Shown here: piece by piece, positions 33,546 to 43,526 of the stretch
Position numbering within the stretch: the stretch's first letter is position 1
Layout: every line of letters starts with the position of its first letter
DNA from: Deltaproteobacteria bacterium
GTDB taxonomy: Bacteria > Myxococcota > Kuafuiibacteriia > Kuafuiibacteriales > Kuafuiibacteriaceae
Assembly (NCBI GenBank): GCA_040218735.1
Contig: JAVJQW010000048.1
Coordinates: 64,001 to 128,000, forward strand
Length of the DNA stretch: 64,000 nt
Reading direction: 5' to 3'
Translations under genes and position numbers: made by a program
Notes under the pieces: model-generated
The model's input: only the letters and a program-made list of their open reading frames with translations
Databases searched by the model: none
Told to the model about the DNA's origin: nothing

Positions 33546-34600
33546 GGCGTCAGCGCCTCGCGACGCAAACGCGCGCGCGCCGCGTAGATCGAATCGGCGT
33601 GTTTCTTCAGCAGCGCGTCGAGCGCGTCACGCTCCGCGTCGTCGTCACCGCGCCGCCGGTGCGCGTCCGCGATCCCGTACAGCACCTCCGCGTCGAGCGA
33701 GCCGTTCGGCCGCAACCGCGCCGCGCGTCGGTACAGCGTCACCGCGCCGCTCGGCGCCCCCAGCCGCTCCGCCCGCAGCCCCGCCGCCGCGACGAGCGCG
33801 ACGTACGCCGCATCCGAGCGCGGCGCCGCGTCGACGACGGCGAGGTAGGTCCGCTCGGCCTCCCCGTAGCGCCGCTCGGCGCGCAGGGCGTTGGCGCGCT
33901 GGAGGAGGGCGTCGGGCCCCGCCCCCTCCCGGTCCGGGTCCCGGTTCCGGTCCGGGTCCCGGGTTCGGTCGCGCTCGCGGGGACGGATACGGTTTCGGAC
34001 TCGGGCGCGCCTTCGGGCGCGGGGCCCGGGCGCGGCGTCGATGTCGAGGTCGGTGAACGCTTCGTCGTAGGGCCCCCTCCCGGTCCGGGTCCCGGTTCCG
34101 GTCCGGGTCCCGGGATCGGATCCGGCGACCGAGTCCGCATCCGCATCCGCATCCGCATCCGGATCCGCTACCGAGTCCGATTCCGAATCCGCTACCGAGT
34201 CCGAGTCCGAATCCGCGACCGAGTCCGACCCCGACTCCGCAACCGAGTCCGACCCCGCCACCGAGTCCGCATCCGCATCCGCAACCGAGTCCGACCCCGC
34301 CACCGAGTCCGCATCCGCATCCGCATCCGAATCCGCGACCGAGTCCGACTGCACGCCGGACCCCGATCCCGATCCCACCTCCGCCACAAAGCTCCGGTAC
34401 ACCCAAGCCGCGCTCGCCCCGCCCGACGCCATCAGCACCACAACCGCCGCCGCGACCACGAGCCACTTCGGCCGCCGCCGCTCGGGCATCACCTCGTCCA
34501 GCGCGCCCAAGACCATCGCGTCCAGCGCGTCGTCGTCCGCGCGCTTCGCCGGCCCTTCGCGCCCGTCGAGGGCGAGGTCGATCGGATCGTGTGCGCTCAC
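33542..34600 (-). CDS. Putative anti-sigma membrane protein with Ser/Asp-rich linker and C-terminal TPR
   Basis: GTG 34600 overlaps the sigma stop; one TM helix; (DSVA/DADA) repeats; TPR-like '[21 protein letters not shown]'. Confidence 0.7.
   Translation of the reverse strand: MSAHDPIDLALDGREGPAKRADDDALDAMVLGALDEVMPERRRPKWLVVAAAVVVLMASGGASAAWVYRSFVAEVGSGSGSGVQSDSVADSDADADADSVAGSDSVADADADSVAGSDSVAESGSDSVADSDSDSVADSESDSVADPDADADADADSVAGSDPGTRTGTGTRTGRGPYDEAFTDLDIDAAPGPRARRRARVRNRIRPRERDRTRDPDRNRDPDREGAGPDALLQRANALRAERRYGEAERTYLAVVDAAPRSDAAYVALVAAAGLRAERLGAPSGAVTLYRRAARLRPNGSLDAEVLYGIADAHRRRGDDDAERDALDALLKKHADSIYAARARLRREALTP
33921..34380. repeat. Low-complexity hexamer repeats plus an exact 43-bp duplication
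   Basis: (GCATCC)n and ACCGAGTCCG units at ~34125-34350; identical 43-mer at 33921-33963 and 34072-34114. Confidence 0.85.
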
Positions 34601-35124
34601 GTCGTCGCCTCCGCCGAGCGCAGCTTCTTCATGCCGAGGCGCAGCCGGCTCTTCGCGGTGTCGAACGGGACTTCGAGCAGCTCGGCGATCTCCGGCACGC
34701 TCATCCCCACGCAGTGGTGCAGCACGACGGCCCGCCGCTGGTCCTCGGGGAGCCCGTCGAGCAGTCGCGCGACGCGGCGTCGTGCGAGGTACTCGTCCGC
34801 CGGGCCGACCGTCATGAGCTCCACATCGATCTCGGCTTCGCGCGCGCGCGCCTTCCGCAGCTTGTCGATCTCCACGAACGTCCGCCGCGCGACGATGCGG
34901 TCCACCCACGAGGTGAACGCGCCGTCCCCGCGGAAGGTCGGCAGCCCGCGGAGCACCGCGACGAGGCATTGCTGCGCGATGTCATCCACGTCGCTGTCCC
35001 CGCGGACGAGGTAGCGCACCAGGTTTCGCACCCGCGGCAACACCGCCCGGAGCACCTGCCCGGCGGCCTCGCGGTCCCCGGCCTGCGCTCGTTCGATGCG
35101 CGCTCGCGGTAGCTCCTCCTCCAA
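34597..35124 (-). CDS. ECF RNA polymerase sigma factor
   Basis: Region 2 '[13 protein letters not shown]...[14 protein letters not shown]'; region 4 '[12 protein letters not shown]...[17 protein letters not shown]'. Confidence 0.93.
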   Translation of the reverse strand: MEEELPRARIERAQAGDREAAGQVLRAVLPRVRNLVRYLVRGDSDVDDIAQQCLVAVLRGLPTFRGDGAFTSWVDRIVARRTFVEIDKLRKARAREAEIDVELMTVGPADEYLARRRVARLLDGLPEDQRRAVVLHHCVGMSVPEIAELLEVPFDTAKSRLRLGMKKLRSAEATT

Positions 35125-35170
35125 CGCGCCTCCTCACACCGACATGGAGCGGCCGATCCCCCGGATCGGG

Positions 35171-36079
35171 TCACGAATCATCGCCGCCGGTCTCGATCGT
35201 CACCAAGATCGCCGCTCGCGGGCGCACGAGCCACCCCGAAGCCCGCACTTCGGGCCCCCGGGGGGTGTCGTAGAGCAGCCGCGGCGCCCCGAACACCCCG
35301 TCCGCCCCGCCGAGCAGCTCCAGCGAAACCCCGGGGGTGACCTCCACCGCACCCCGCAGCTCCGCCCCGACGAGCCCGCCGACCGACGAAGCCTCGGGCG
35401 TCGCCGCCGCGCCGCCGCGCACCCGAGTCCGCCGCCGCCCGAGGGTCACGCCGCCGCGCGCTCCGGCCGTCGCCGACCACCGCTCGTGCTTCCACACCGG
35501 ACAGCCCACCGCGCCCCACACGGCGTGCTCCCGTAGCGCGATCGACGTGAGGTCGTCCTCCAGCGTCCGCGGCAATCCGAACGTGCCGCCCACCTCCAGC
35601 AGCCACCGTTCGATCCGCACCCCGGCGCGGACCGCCGCCGCGAGCGCCGGATCGGCGAGCCCGGTGCCCTGCGCCTCGAACGCGGCCGAGATCCGCGTCT
35701 CCCACTCCGTCTCGGAGGGCGGCGGCGGCGGGGTCTCCGCCCACGCGGGCTCGAGACCCATCAGGATCGCCTTCACCACGGAGCGCACCGCGACCGCCGC
35801 GGCTTCGCGCGTCGCGGAGACACTCGCGAGCGCGTCGATCCTCCGCGCGCGCGGCGCACGCTCGGGGGCTTCGAACACGATCCGATACCCGTCGGTCGGC
35901 CGGCCCTCGACGACGATCGTCGGCGCCGTCGGCGAAGGACACACCTCGGGCCACGCGACATCGGCGTCGAGGTCCGCGAGCTGCCCACGGATCCGCGCCG
36001 CGACGCCGGGATCCTCCGGCGGACAAACGACGACGTCGGGCGATGCACCGACGACGAGGAGCGGGACCACCCACAGCAC
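35171..36079 (-). CDS. Hypothetical exported protein (ECF cassette-associated, beta-strand-rich C-terminus)
   Basis: Signal-like N-terminus, Pro linker, alternating beta pattern; co-oriented upstream of the sigma factor. Confidence 0.6.
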   Translation of the reverse strand: MLWVVPLLVVGASPDVVVCPPEDPGVAARIRGQLADLDADVAWPEVCPSPTAPTIVVEGRPTDGYRIVFEAPERAPRARRIDALASVSATREAAAVAVRSVVKAILMGLEPAWAETPPPPPSETEWETRISAAFEAQGTGLADPALAAAVRAGVRIERWLLEVGGTFGLPRTLEDDLTSIALREHAVWGAVGCPVWKHERWSATAGARGGVTLGRRRTRVRGGAAATPEASSVGGLVGAELRGAVEVTPGVSLELLGGADGVFGAPRLLYDTPRGPEVRASGWLVRPRAAILVTIETGGDDS

Positions 36080-36104
36080 GCGCGCAGATGGTACTTCACA
36101 CGGT

Positions 36105-37619
36105 GTGACGCGGGCGTCGACTCCACGGCTGGTCGTCGTAGGCGCCGGCAGCGCGGGGGCGTCGATCGCCGCGTTGGGATCCGCGTCGCAACCCGTCCTG
36201 CTCCTCGAGGCGGGCCCGGACTATGCCCCCGAAGCCGCGCTCCCCGACGAGCTCGAACGCGGCGGACGGAACGCGCTCGTCCACCACGACTGGGGCTATC
36301 GCCACCGCCGATCGCCGAAGCGAACGATGCAGCGCATGCCCCGCGGCCGCGTCGTCGGCGGGTCGTCCGCGGTCAACACGTGCATCGCGCTGCGCGGTGC
36401 CCCCTACGACTACGACGAGTGGGGCCTCGCCGACTGGACCTACGAATCTTGCCTCCCCGCCTTCCGCGCGCTCGAACGCGACGTCGACTTCGGCGACGCG
36501 CCGCTGCACGGCGCCGACGGCCCGATCCCGATCCGCCGACACCCGACCGAGGAGCTCGTCCCCTGGCAGTTGGGCTTCCTCGACGCATGCGCACAGCACG
36601 ACGTGCCCCGCGCCGACGACGCCAACGATCCCTCCCAGACCGGCGCAGGCCCCACGCCGATGAACAAGATCGAAGGCCGCCGCGTCAGCGCCGCCGCCGG
36701 CTACCTCACCGCCGAGGTGCGCGCGCGTGACAACTTCACGCTCCGCGCCGACACCCACGTGCGGCGCGTCGTCTTCGAGCGTCGTCGCGTGGTGGGGATC
36801 GAAGTCGAGAGCCACGGCGCGGTCGAGACCATCGCGGCGGATCGGGTGTTCCTCTGCGCGGGCGCGCTCGCGACGCCGGGCATCCTCCTGCGCTCCGGCG
36901 TCGGTCCCAAACAAGAGCTCGCGCGCCTCGGCGTGGAGCTCGTCGCGGACGTCCCCGGCGTCGGTGCGCAGCTGCTCGATCACCCCGGCACCGCGATCTT
37001 CTTCCGCCCGCGCCCCGGCGGGCTCGTCCGCGGCGCGCCGCTCATCCAGACGTTGATGCGTTACGCCACCGAACGCACCAACGACATGCAGCTGCAGCCG
37101 GGCTCGGTCGTCCCGCTCCCGCGGTTCGATCTCCCGCTGATGTCGTTGATGTGCTCCGTCGGGAAGCCGCGCAGCCGCGGCACGATTCACTTCCCGTCCG
37201 CCGACCCGCACCAAAAGCCGGTCGTCGAGTCGAACCTCTTCGACGATCCCGCGGATCTCGCGCTCGCCGTCGACGGCATCCTCCGCTTGCGCGCGCTCTT
37301 CGCCGACTCGGATCTCGCGCGCCTCGGCCGGCACTTCCTCCCGCGCGAGAAGACGTTCGCGGATCGCGCCGCCGTCGCGCGCTGGATCCGCTTCGCGTGT
37401 GACTCCGGCTATCACCCCTCCGGCACCGCCCGCATGGGCCCCGACTCCGACCCGGGCGCCGTCACCGATCCCCGCGGTCGTGTGCGCGGCGTGAAGGGGC
37501 TGTTCGTCGCCGACGCGAGCCTGTTCCCGACCATCCCCTCCTGCAACATCAACATCCCCACGCTGATGCTCGGACACCGCTTCGGGGTGTGGCTCCGGGA
37601 CGGCGCGTTCGAGGTCTGA
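36105..37619 (+). CDS. GMC family oxidoreductase (choline dehydrogenase-like)
   Basis: 'VVGAGSAG', 'LLEAG', 'RGRVVGGSSAVN', 'YHPSGTARMG', 'VADASLFP'. Confidence 0.92.
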   Translation: MTRASTPRLVVVGAGSAGASIAALGSASQPVLLLEAGPDYAPEAALPDELERGGRNALVHHDWGYRHRRSPKRTMQRMPRGRVVGGSSAVNTCIALRGAPYDYDEWGLADWTYESCLPAFRALERDVDFGDAPLHGADGPIPIRRHPTEELVPWQLGFLDACAQHDVPRADDANDPSQTGAGPTPMNKIEGRRVSAAAGYLTAEVRARDNFTLRADTHVRRVVFERRRVVGIEVESHGAVETIAADRVFLCAGALATPGILLRSGVGPKQELARLGVELVADVPGVGAQLLDHPGTAIFFRPRPGGLVRGAPLIQTLMRYATERTNDMQLQPGSVVPLPRFDLPLMSLMCSVGKPRSRGTIHFPSADPHQKPVVESNLFDDPADLALAVDGILRLRALFADSDLARLGRHFLPREKTFADRAAVARWIRFACDSGYHPSGTARMGPDSDPGAVTDPRGRVRGVKGLFVADASLFPTIPSCNINIPTLMLGHRFGVWLRDGAFEV

Positions 37620-37683
37620 GACATCGATCCCTCATGTGACCTCCACGCGAGCGATCGAGCCGCGCATCTCGAACCACACCCGG

Positions 37684-37699
37684 TGGCACGGCCCTGGCA
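37684..37699 (+). promoter_or_regulatory. Putative sigma54 (-24/-12) promoter
   Basis: TGGCAC-GGCCC-TGGCA, 12 nt upstream of GTG 37712. Confidence 0.5.
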
Positions 37700-37711
37700 G
37701 TCCAAGGCGCC

Positions 37712-40700
37712 GTGCGCCGACTCCTCCTCGTCGCGAGCCTGATCGCCGGACCGTCGTTCGGGTGCAGCCGTGACGTGGACTCCGTGGAGGTGGCGCGTGT
37801 GCTCGTCGAGGACGCGGCGGCCCTAGTGTGGGCGGCCGAGCGGGCCGGCTGTTTCGACGGCGCGCCGTCCGAAGTGACCGGCGCCGTCGGGAGCTTGGGC
37901 AGCGCCGTGGCGCGCGCCGAAGGGTGCGCCGTCGAGCTCGCGACCGACTTCGATCCGTGTGGGCCCGTGCAGCGCGCGATGGGCGGCACGGTCGTCGTCT
38001 CCGGCACCCGCCGCACCCTCGGCACCGTCACCGGCGACGCCGTGCGCGCCGTCGTCCCGGACGGTCCCGACGCCACGTCCTACGCGATCGAGGCGACGCT
38101 GGAGGGCTTCGTCGGCGAGCGCCGCGGGGAGCCCGTCGCGGTGATGAACGTGAGCGGTCGCCTCGCGATCGAAGCGCGCGTTCGCCACGCCGCCGGCTGG
38201 GCCGGTGGCTGCGCCGCGCCGACCCCGCACGTCGCGCTCGACGCGGTCGGCCTCGATGTCCACGCGTCGATCGTCGACGGCGCCACCGAATCCGAAGGTC
38301 ACCTCACCGGGACCCTCTCGGGCGCGCGCGGCAAGGTCGGCGTGCAGGAGAACCGCGTGGCCGGCACGATCGTCTTCGACGGTAGCTCGGAGACGATCGA
38401 AGCGCCGCTCCGCCTCGGTTACAACGCCGCCGCGTTCCTCGAATCGTTTGCGTGCTCGGCCGACGTCGCCCGCCCGGTCTCCTTCACCTGTGGACCCCCT
38501 TCCCCCGCGGCGGCCACGCGCCTCGTCGCGGCGTCCGCGGAGGCCATGGCGGTCGTCGCGCGGCTCGCGAAGTCGGCGCCGTGTGGATTCGACGCGGTCG
38601 CGCCGATCGTCCAGGCCGACGAGCCGGGTCGCTCGCGCTCCACGAAGCAGATCGTCGACTGCCGGATCGACCTCGGCGAAGGCGTGGAGGTCGGCGTCGC
38701 GTGTGAAGGTGCGCCGACGATCGCGTCCGGCGCGGTGCGCGTGACGGGCATGATGACGTCGCAGGGTCACATCGCGGCCGGCGGCGCGGAGGTCGTGCCC
38801 TCCACGGACGACGCGCTGACGTTCGACTTCACCGAGGTCGTCTTCGACGGCTTCGCGGTGAGCCAGGGCGGCGCGCGTACGATACTGAATGGAACGGCGA
38901 CGGGCGCGGTGCAGCCGCGGCTCGCACGGTCGAAGTCCTCCGGGCTCTGCACTGTGCTGACGCCGATGACCCGCGTCGAGCACGCGCTCGAAGACACGGT
39001 CGTGCTCGTCGACGCGCCGGACATCCACGCGACGGGGACCATCGAGCGCGCGTTCACCGGCGCGACGCTCGGACCGTGGACGCCGGATCCCAACACGATC
39101 GAGGGACAGGTCACGGTGGCCGGCGAGACCCACGAAGTGCTCGCGCCGATCACATCCGCGTTCGACGCCGAGGTGTTCGAGCAGACGTGGCGGTGCGGCG
39201 ACGCATCGACCGCGCAGCCGCACGTCTGCGACGTCGCGACGGCGATGGCGGAAGACATCGGCCGCGGCGGCTCGGCGCTGCTCGCGACGATCGGGACGTT
39301 GATCGAAGACGACGCGCAGTGCGGCTTCTCCACCCCCTCGGTGATCACAAACGTGCAGACGACCGGAGCGGTCGGCTCACCGACGGGGCAGGGCGTGTTC
39401 ACGATCTCCGCCTGCACGCTCGAGTTGTCGCAGCCCACCGTCGTCGGCACTGACTGCTTCGGAAACGAGACGTGGGTGCAGGGCCGCGTGTCGGTGAGCG
39501 GGACGAAGACGGTCGACGGTTGGATCACCGGCGACGCCTCCGAGCCGGTGCTCCCCGCCTCCCGCGACGGCGTTCGCTACGACCTCGTCCTCGACGCCGA
39601 CGGCTTGACCGTGCACGCCGACACGGGCGCGTTGGAGGGGCAGCAGATCGAGCTCGTCCGCGGGACGGCCTCCGGGGTGTTCGCGCCGCGCGTGGCGATC
39701 GACGAAGACGTTGGCGCGTGCACGATCCTCACCCCCGAAGCGCAGGTGTCCGACCTCGACCTCGCGGCGACCGTGCGCACCACGCGTGAGGGCCGCACGT
39801 TGGAGGCAAATGTCGACGCCGCCGCCATCCACGCCACCGTCGGACGCTTCGGTCCGGAGGACGAGAACCGCACCTTCGGGAGCGTCACCGTCGACGGGCA
39901 GGTCGTCGCCTTCGAGGCGCCGCTCGACCTCGGCTACGACGCACGCCGCTTCGTCGCCGGCTTCTCCTGCCGCGAGGGGATGTACATCCCGTTCGACGAC
40001 CGCGACTGCGACATGCGTCAGGTCCTCGCCGAAGTCGGCGCGCGGTTGCTCGTCCAGACGATCGGCACCGTCACGGAGATCGCGAACGGCGACGACTTCG
40101 ACTGCGCGTTCGGCGGCGACGACGTCTACGACGACCCGTCGAACGTCCAGGGCGCCCACGGCCAACCCGGGTTCCTGGAGTGGCGGATCGCCGGCTGCCG
40201 ACTACGGTACAACGACGGCAACCTCCGCGAGTACGACCGCGACTGCCGCGACCACGCGAAGATGATCCAGGGTGCCGCGGTCGTCGACGGGCGGCGCGAG
40301 ATTCACGGCATCCGCGACGAGATCGACGTGACGTTCGGCTCGGACGTGCAATACGTCCACCCCACCACCCCGAACGCCACGACCGTCGAGTACACCGCGG
40401 TGCGCTTCACCGAGTTCTCGACGTATCAGCTCGCGCCGGGCGTGACCGAGCCCGAGCATCGGATCTGGATTCACTCCGGTGCGCTCGCGGGCACGGTCGA
40501 GCCGATGACGGGGCCCGACGACGGCTCGGACGACTACTTCGACCGCGGGGACTACGACATCCCCACGCCCATCGCCCGGATCACGGGCCTCGCCGCGAGC
40601 GCGATCGACGCGACGATCCTCTACGAAGGCAAGCGCTTCGACGTCACGATCGACGCCTCCGCGATCGACGCGTTCAGCGGCTCGTGGGAGGGCGCCCCCG

Positions 40701-40852
40701 GCGAGACGAACCGGCTGGCGGGCACCGTGACGATCGACGGGCGCACGATCGAGCTGAGCACGGAAGACCTCGACCCGGACTTCGACCAGGGACAGCTCGA
40801 CGCGAGCTACGTGTGCACCGAGCGACTCTTACAGACGCTGCCCCCCGAGTGA
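37712..40852 (+). CDS. Large hypothetical lipoprotein of four ~250-aa Cys-patterned repeats
   Basis: Signal ending 'SFGC'; four internal repeats visible by eye; paralogue at 50283. Confidence 0.8.
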   Translation: MRRLLLVASLIAGPSFGCSRDVDSVEVARVLVEDAAALVWAAERAGCFDGAPSEVTGAVGSLGSAVARAEGCAVELATDFDPCGPVQRAMGGTVVVSGTRRTLGTVTGDAVRAVVPDGPDATSYAIEATLEGFVGERRGEPVAVMNVSGRLAIEARVRHAAGWAGGCAAPTPHVALDAVGLDVHASIVDGATESEGHLTGTLSGARGKVGVQENRVAGTIVFDGSSETIEAPLRLGYNAAAFLESFACSADVARPVSFTCGPPSPAAATRLVAASAEAMAVVARLAKSAPCGFDAVAPIVQADEPGRSRSTKQIVDCRIDLGEGVEVGVACEGAPTIASGAVRVTGMMTSQGHIAAGGAEVVPSTDDALTFDFTEVVFDGFAVSQGGARTILNGTATGAVQPRLARSKSSGLCTVLTPMTRVEHALEDTVVLVDAPDIHATGTIERAFTGATLGPWTPDPNTIEGQVTVAGETHEVLAPITSAFDAEVFEQTWRCGDASTAQPHVCDVATAMAEDIGRGGSALLATIGTLIEDDAQCGFSTPSVITNVQTTGAVGSPTGQGVFTISACTLELSQPTVVGTDCFGNETWVQGRVSVSGTKTVDGWITGDASEPVLPASRDGVRYDLVLDADGLTVHADTGALEGQQIELVRGTASGVFAPRVAIDEDVGACTILTPEAQVSDLDLAATVRTTREGRTLEANVDAAAIHATVGRFGPEDENRTFGSVTVDGQVVAFEAPLDLGYDARRFVAGFSCREGMYIPFDDRDCDMRQVLAEVGARLLVQTIGTVTEIANGDDFDCAFGGDDVYDDPSNVQGAHGQPGFLEWRIAGCRLRYNDGNLREYDRDCRDHAKMIQGAAVVDGRREIHGIRDEIDVTFGSDVQYVHPTTPNATTVEYTAVRFTEFSTYQLAPGVTEPEHRIWIHSGALAGTVEPMTGPDDGSDDYFDRGDYDIPTPIARITGLAASAIDATILYEGKRFDVTIDASAIDAFSGSWEGAPGETNRLAGTVTIDGRTIELSTEDLDPDFDQGQLDASYVCTERLLQTLPPE

Positions 40853-43485
40853 TCGGTGCGCCCGCGTCCCAGCCATCGCTCCAGCGCGTCCCGCAGCGCG
40901 CTCTTCGTGATCGGTTTGGCGAGGTGCTCGTCCATGCCGGCGTCGAGGCACGCGCGGCGATCCTCCGTCGATGCGTTGGCGGTGAGCGCGACGATCGGCG
41001 TGCGGTCCTCACCTTCCAGCGCGCGGAGGATCTGGGTCGCTTCGTAGCCGTCCATCACCGGCATCTGGCAGTCCATCAACACCAGGTCGAAGCGCTCGCG
41101 GCGGAAGCGAACCACCGCGTCGCGCCCGTCCGAAGCCAGCACGACCTCCACCCCGAAGGACTCCAACATCTTCTGCAGCACCCGCTGGTTCACGCGGTTG
41201 TCGTCGACGGCCAACACCCGGCCCGTGAAGCTCTGCTTCTTCTCCGGAGCGTCGTGGGCTTTGCTGCCCTGCACGGCGATCGCCAGCACTTCTGCGATGC
41301 GCGCGCCACGGCTCGGACGCATCAACGTGCCGCACGCGCTCGTCACGGGAGAGCGCTGCCCCAGCGGTGTCCACAAGACCCACGGGAGATCGTACGCCTC
41401 GAGGTCGAACGCGTCCGCGAGGGCGACGTCCACCAGGACGACGTCGATGGCCTCCGGTCCGCCGAGTAGGTCGCTCGTCTCTTCCAGGTCGTGCGCCACG
41501 TAGGCGCGTACGCCGAGCAACGCGAGCTGTCGAACGGCCGCGCCGCGGATCGCGTCGTGCGGGCTCAGCACCAGCACGCCGCGCACCGGAGGCCGTAGGG
41601 GGAGCGGAAGCGCTGGAGCGAGCGGGAGCGACACGGACACTGTGAACGTCGTGCCTTGGGACGGTTGGCTCGCCACCGTCACGTCGCCGCCCATCATCTG
41701 CGCGAAGCGCCGGGCGATGGGGAGGCCGAGGCCGGTCCCTCCGAACTTGCGGGTCGTCGACGCGTCGCCTTGGGCGAAGGCGTCGAAGATCGACTCGAGG
41801 CGGCCGGGTGCGATCCCGATCCCGGTGTCCGCGATCTCGATCTCGATGTCGGCGTGCCCATCACGCTCCTTTCCCCGCGCCACGATCCGCACCCATCCGT
41901 GCTCCGTGAACTTGACGGCGTTCCCCACGAGGTTGCCGAGGAGCTGACGCAGTCGACTCGCGTCACCGACGACCGAGCGCGGTGTCTTGGGGTCGACGTC
42001 GAGCACGATCTCGAAGTCGCGGTTCGAGCTCACGCCGCTGAATGTCTCGACGATCGACTCGAGCTCCGCGAGCAGATCGAACGGTGACGACTCCAGCTCC
42101 ATCCGCCCCGCGTCGATCTTCGAGAAGTCCAGGATGTCGTTGAGGAGCGCCAGGAGCGCGCGCGCCGAACCGTGCGCGGCCTGCGCGTACTCCCGAAGCT
42201 CGCCTTCGTGAGCCTGTTCGAGGAGCAGCTCCGTCATGCCCAGCACCCCGTTCATCGGCGTGCGGATCTCGTGGCTCATGTTGGCGATGAACCGCGACTT
42301 GTGCGCCGACGCCTCCTCCGCTTCGACGCGCGCCTCCTCCAGCTGCTCCGTACGTTGCGCGACTTTCTCCTCGAGCTGATCGGTCTGGGCACGGAGGCGC
42401 CGGAGCATTCGGTTCAGCGCGTTCTCGAGATCGATCGCTTCCTTCGGTCGGTAACCTTCGACGTGCGGGATGAAGTCGTTGCCCGCTTCACCGTTGGCGC
42501 CGATCCGCTCGGCGGCGTCGGAGATCTGCGCGATGGGGCGCGCTGTCCACCGCGCGAGCAAGACGGAGAACAGCAACCCGAACGCGAGCACGACGCCGGC
42601 CAGGGCGACGGTCCGTTGGAGCGCCGCATCGGCCGCGATCGTCGCCACCGACGCGGGTTGAAGGACGAGGATGGTCCACTGCGTTTGCCCGACCGCGGCC
42701 GCTACCACCGCGCCGTTGGTTTCGACACCCTCGATCGTCGCGTGGCGCTCGCGTCCCTTCGTCTCCATCGTCGGCGTATAGATGGGGACGTTGGGGAGGA
42801 TCTGAACGTCCTCACCGAAGGGCTTCGCGGTGTCGAGGATGACGCGCCGGTCCGCGTCGAAGACGATCGCACGCCCCGACGGGACGTGTTGAAGGGCGCG
42901 CTCGGTTGCGCGGCGCAGCGGGCCGAGATCGAGGGACAGCGCGACGTAGCCCGCGAACTTCGCACCGCCCAGTGGCGCCGCGAGGTGAACGTTGCGGACC
43001 TTCGTGGTGTAACCCACCTGCGGTCGCGAGATCACGGCGCGACGGAGCTCTCGAACCTTCTTGAAGTAGTCGCGCTTCGAGTAGTCGGTGCCGGCGGAGC
43101 GCCCGGTGGCGTCGCTCGATGTGATCCCTCGCCCGTTTGCGTCACCCACCACGATGTGTTGCGCTTCGCTGAAGCGTTGCTGGTACTCGAGCAGCAGCTT
43201 TCGGGCGAAGCGGTCGTTGCGGAGGACGCGCTTCGTATCGAGCACCGCCGCGAGCCCCTCGATCGTACGCAGCTCGCGCTCCATCTCGGCCTCGATCTGA
43301 TCCGCGAGGCTCTCGACCACGAGCTGCCGCTCGGAGGACGCGGTGCTCGACAGCACCGCCTCGAGCTCCTGCGTTTGGAACGCACCCAACACGAAGGTCG
43401 CGACGCCTGCGCTGGTCGCGGTGCAGACGAAGATGGTGGACACGAGACGCATGGAGGTCCCACTCGGTCTTCGGACCGGTGTCAC
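40807..43485 (-). CDS. Hybrid sensor histidine kinase/response regulator (Cache-HAMP-HisKA-HATPase-REC)
   Basis: 'DYSKRDYF' Cache, '[13 protein letters not shown]', 'NAVKFT', 'GGTGLGL', degenerate REC then intact '[11 protein letters not shown]'. Alternative start at 43452. Confidence 0.93.
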   Translation of the reverse strand: MTPVRRPSGTSMRLVSTIFVCTATSAGVATFVLGAFQTQELEAVLSSTASSERQLVVESLADQIEAEMERELRTIEGLAAVLDTKRVLRNDRFARKLLLEYQQRFSEAQHIVVGDANGRGITSSDATGRSAGTDYSKRDYFKKVRELRRAVISRPQVGYTTKVRNVHLAAPLGGAKFAGYVALSLDLGPLRRATERALQHVPSGRAIVFDADRRVILDTAKPFGEDVQILPNVPIYTPTMETKGRERHATIEGVETNGAVVAAAVGQTQWTILVLQPASVATIAADAALQRTVALAGVVLAFGLLFSVLLARWTARPIAQISDAAERIGANGEAGNDFIPHVEGYRPKEAIDLENALNRMLRRLRAQTDQLEEKVAQRTEQLEEARVEAEEASAHKSRFIANMSHEIRTPMNGVLGMTELLLEQAHEGELREYAQAAHGSARALLALLNDILDFSKIDAGRMELESSPFDLLAELESIVETFSGVSSNRDFEIVLDVDPKTPRSVVGDASRLRQLLGNLVGNAVKFTEHGWVRIVARGKERDGHADIEIEIADTGIGIAPGRLESIFDAFAQGDASTTRKFGGTGLGLPIARRFAQMMGGDVTVASQPSQGTTFTVSVSLPLAPALPLPLRPPVRGVLVLSPHDAIRGAAVRQLALLGVRAYVAHDLEETSDLLGGPEAIDVVLVDVALADAFDLEAYDLPWVLWTPLGQRSPVTSACGTLMRPSRGARIAEVLAIAVQGSKAHDAPEKKQSFTGRVLAVDDNRVNQRVLQKMLESFGVEVVLASDGRDAVVRFRRERFDLVLMDCQMPVMDGYEATQILRALEGEDRTPIVALTANASTEDRRACLDAGMDEHLAKPITKSALRDALERWLGRGRTDHSGGSVCKSRSVHT

Positions 43486-43526
43486 CCGTACTGGAGGCCC
43501 AACGTCTCACGACGGCGCGCCCAAGC

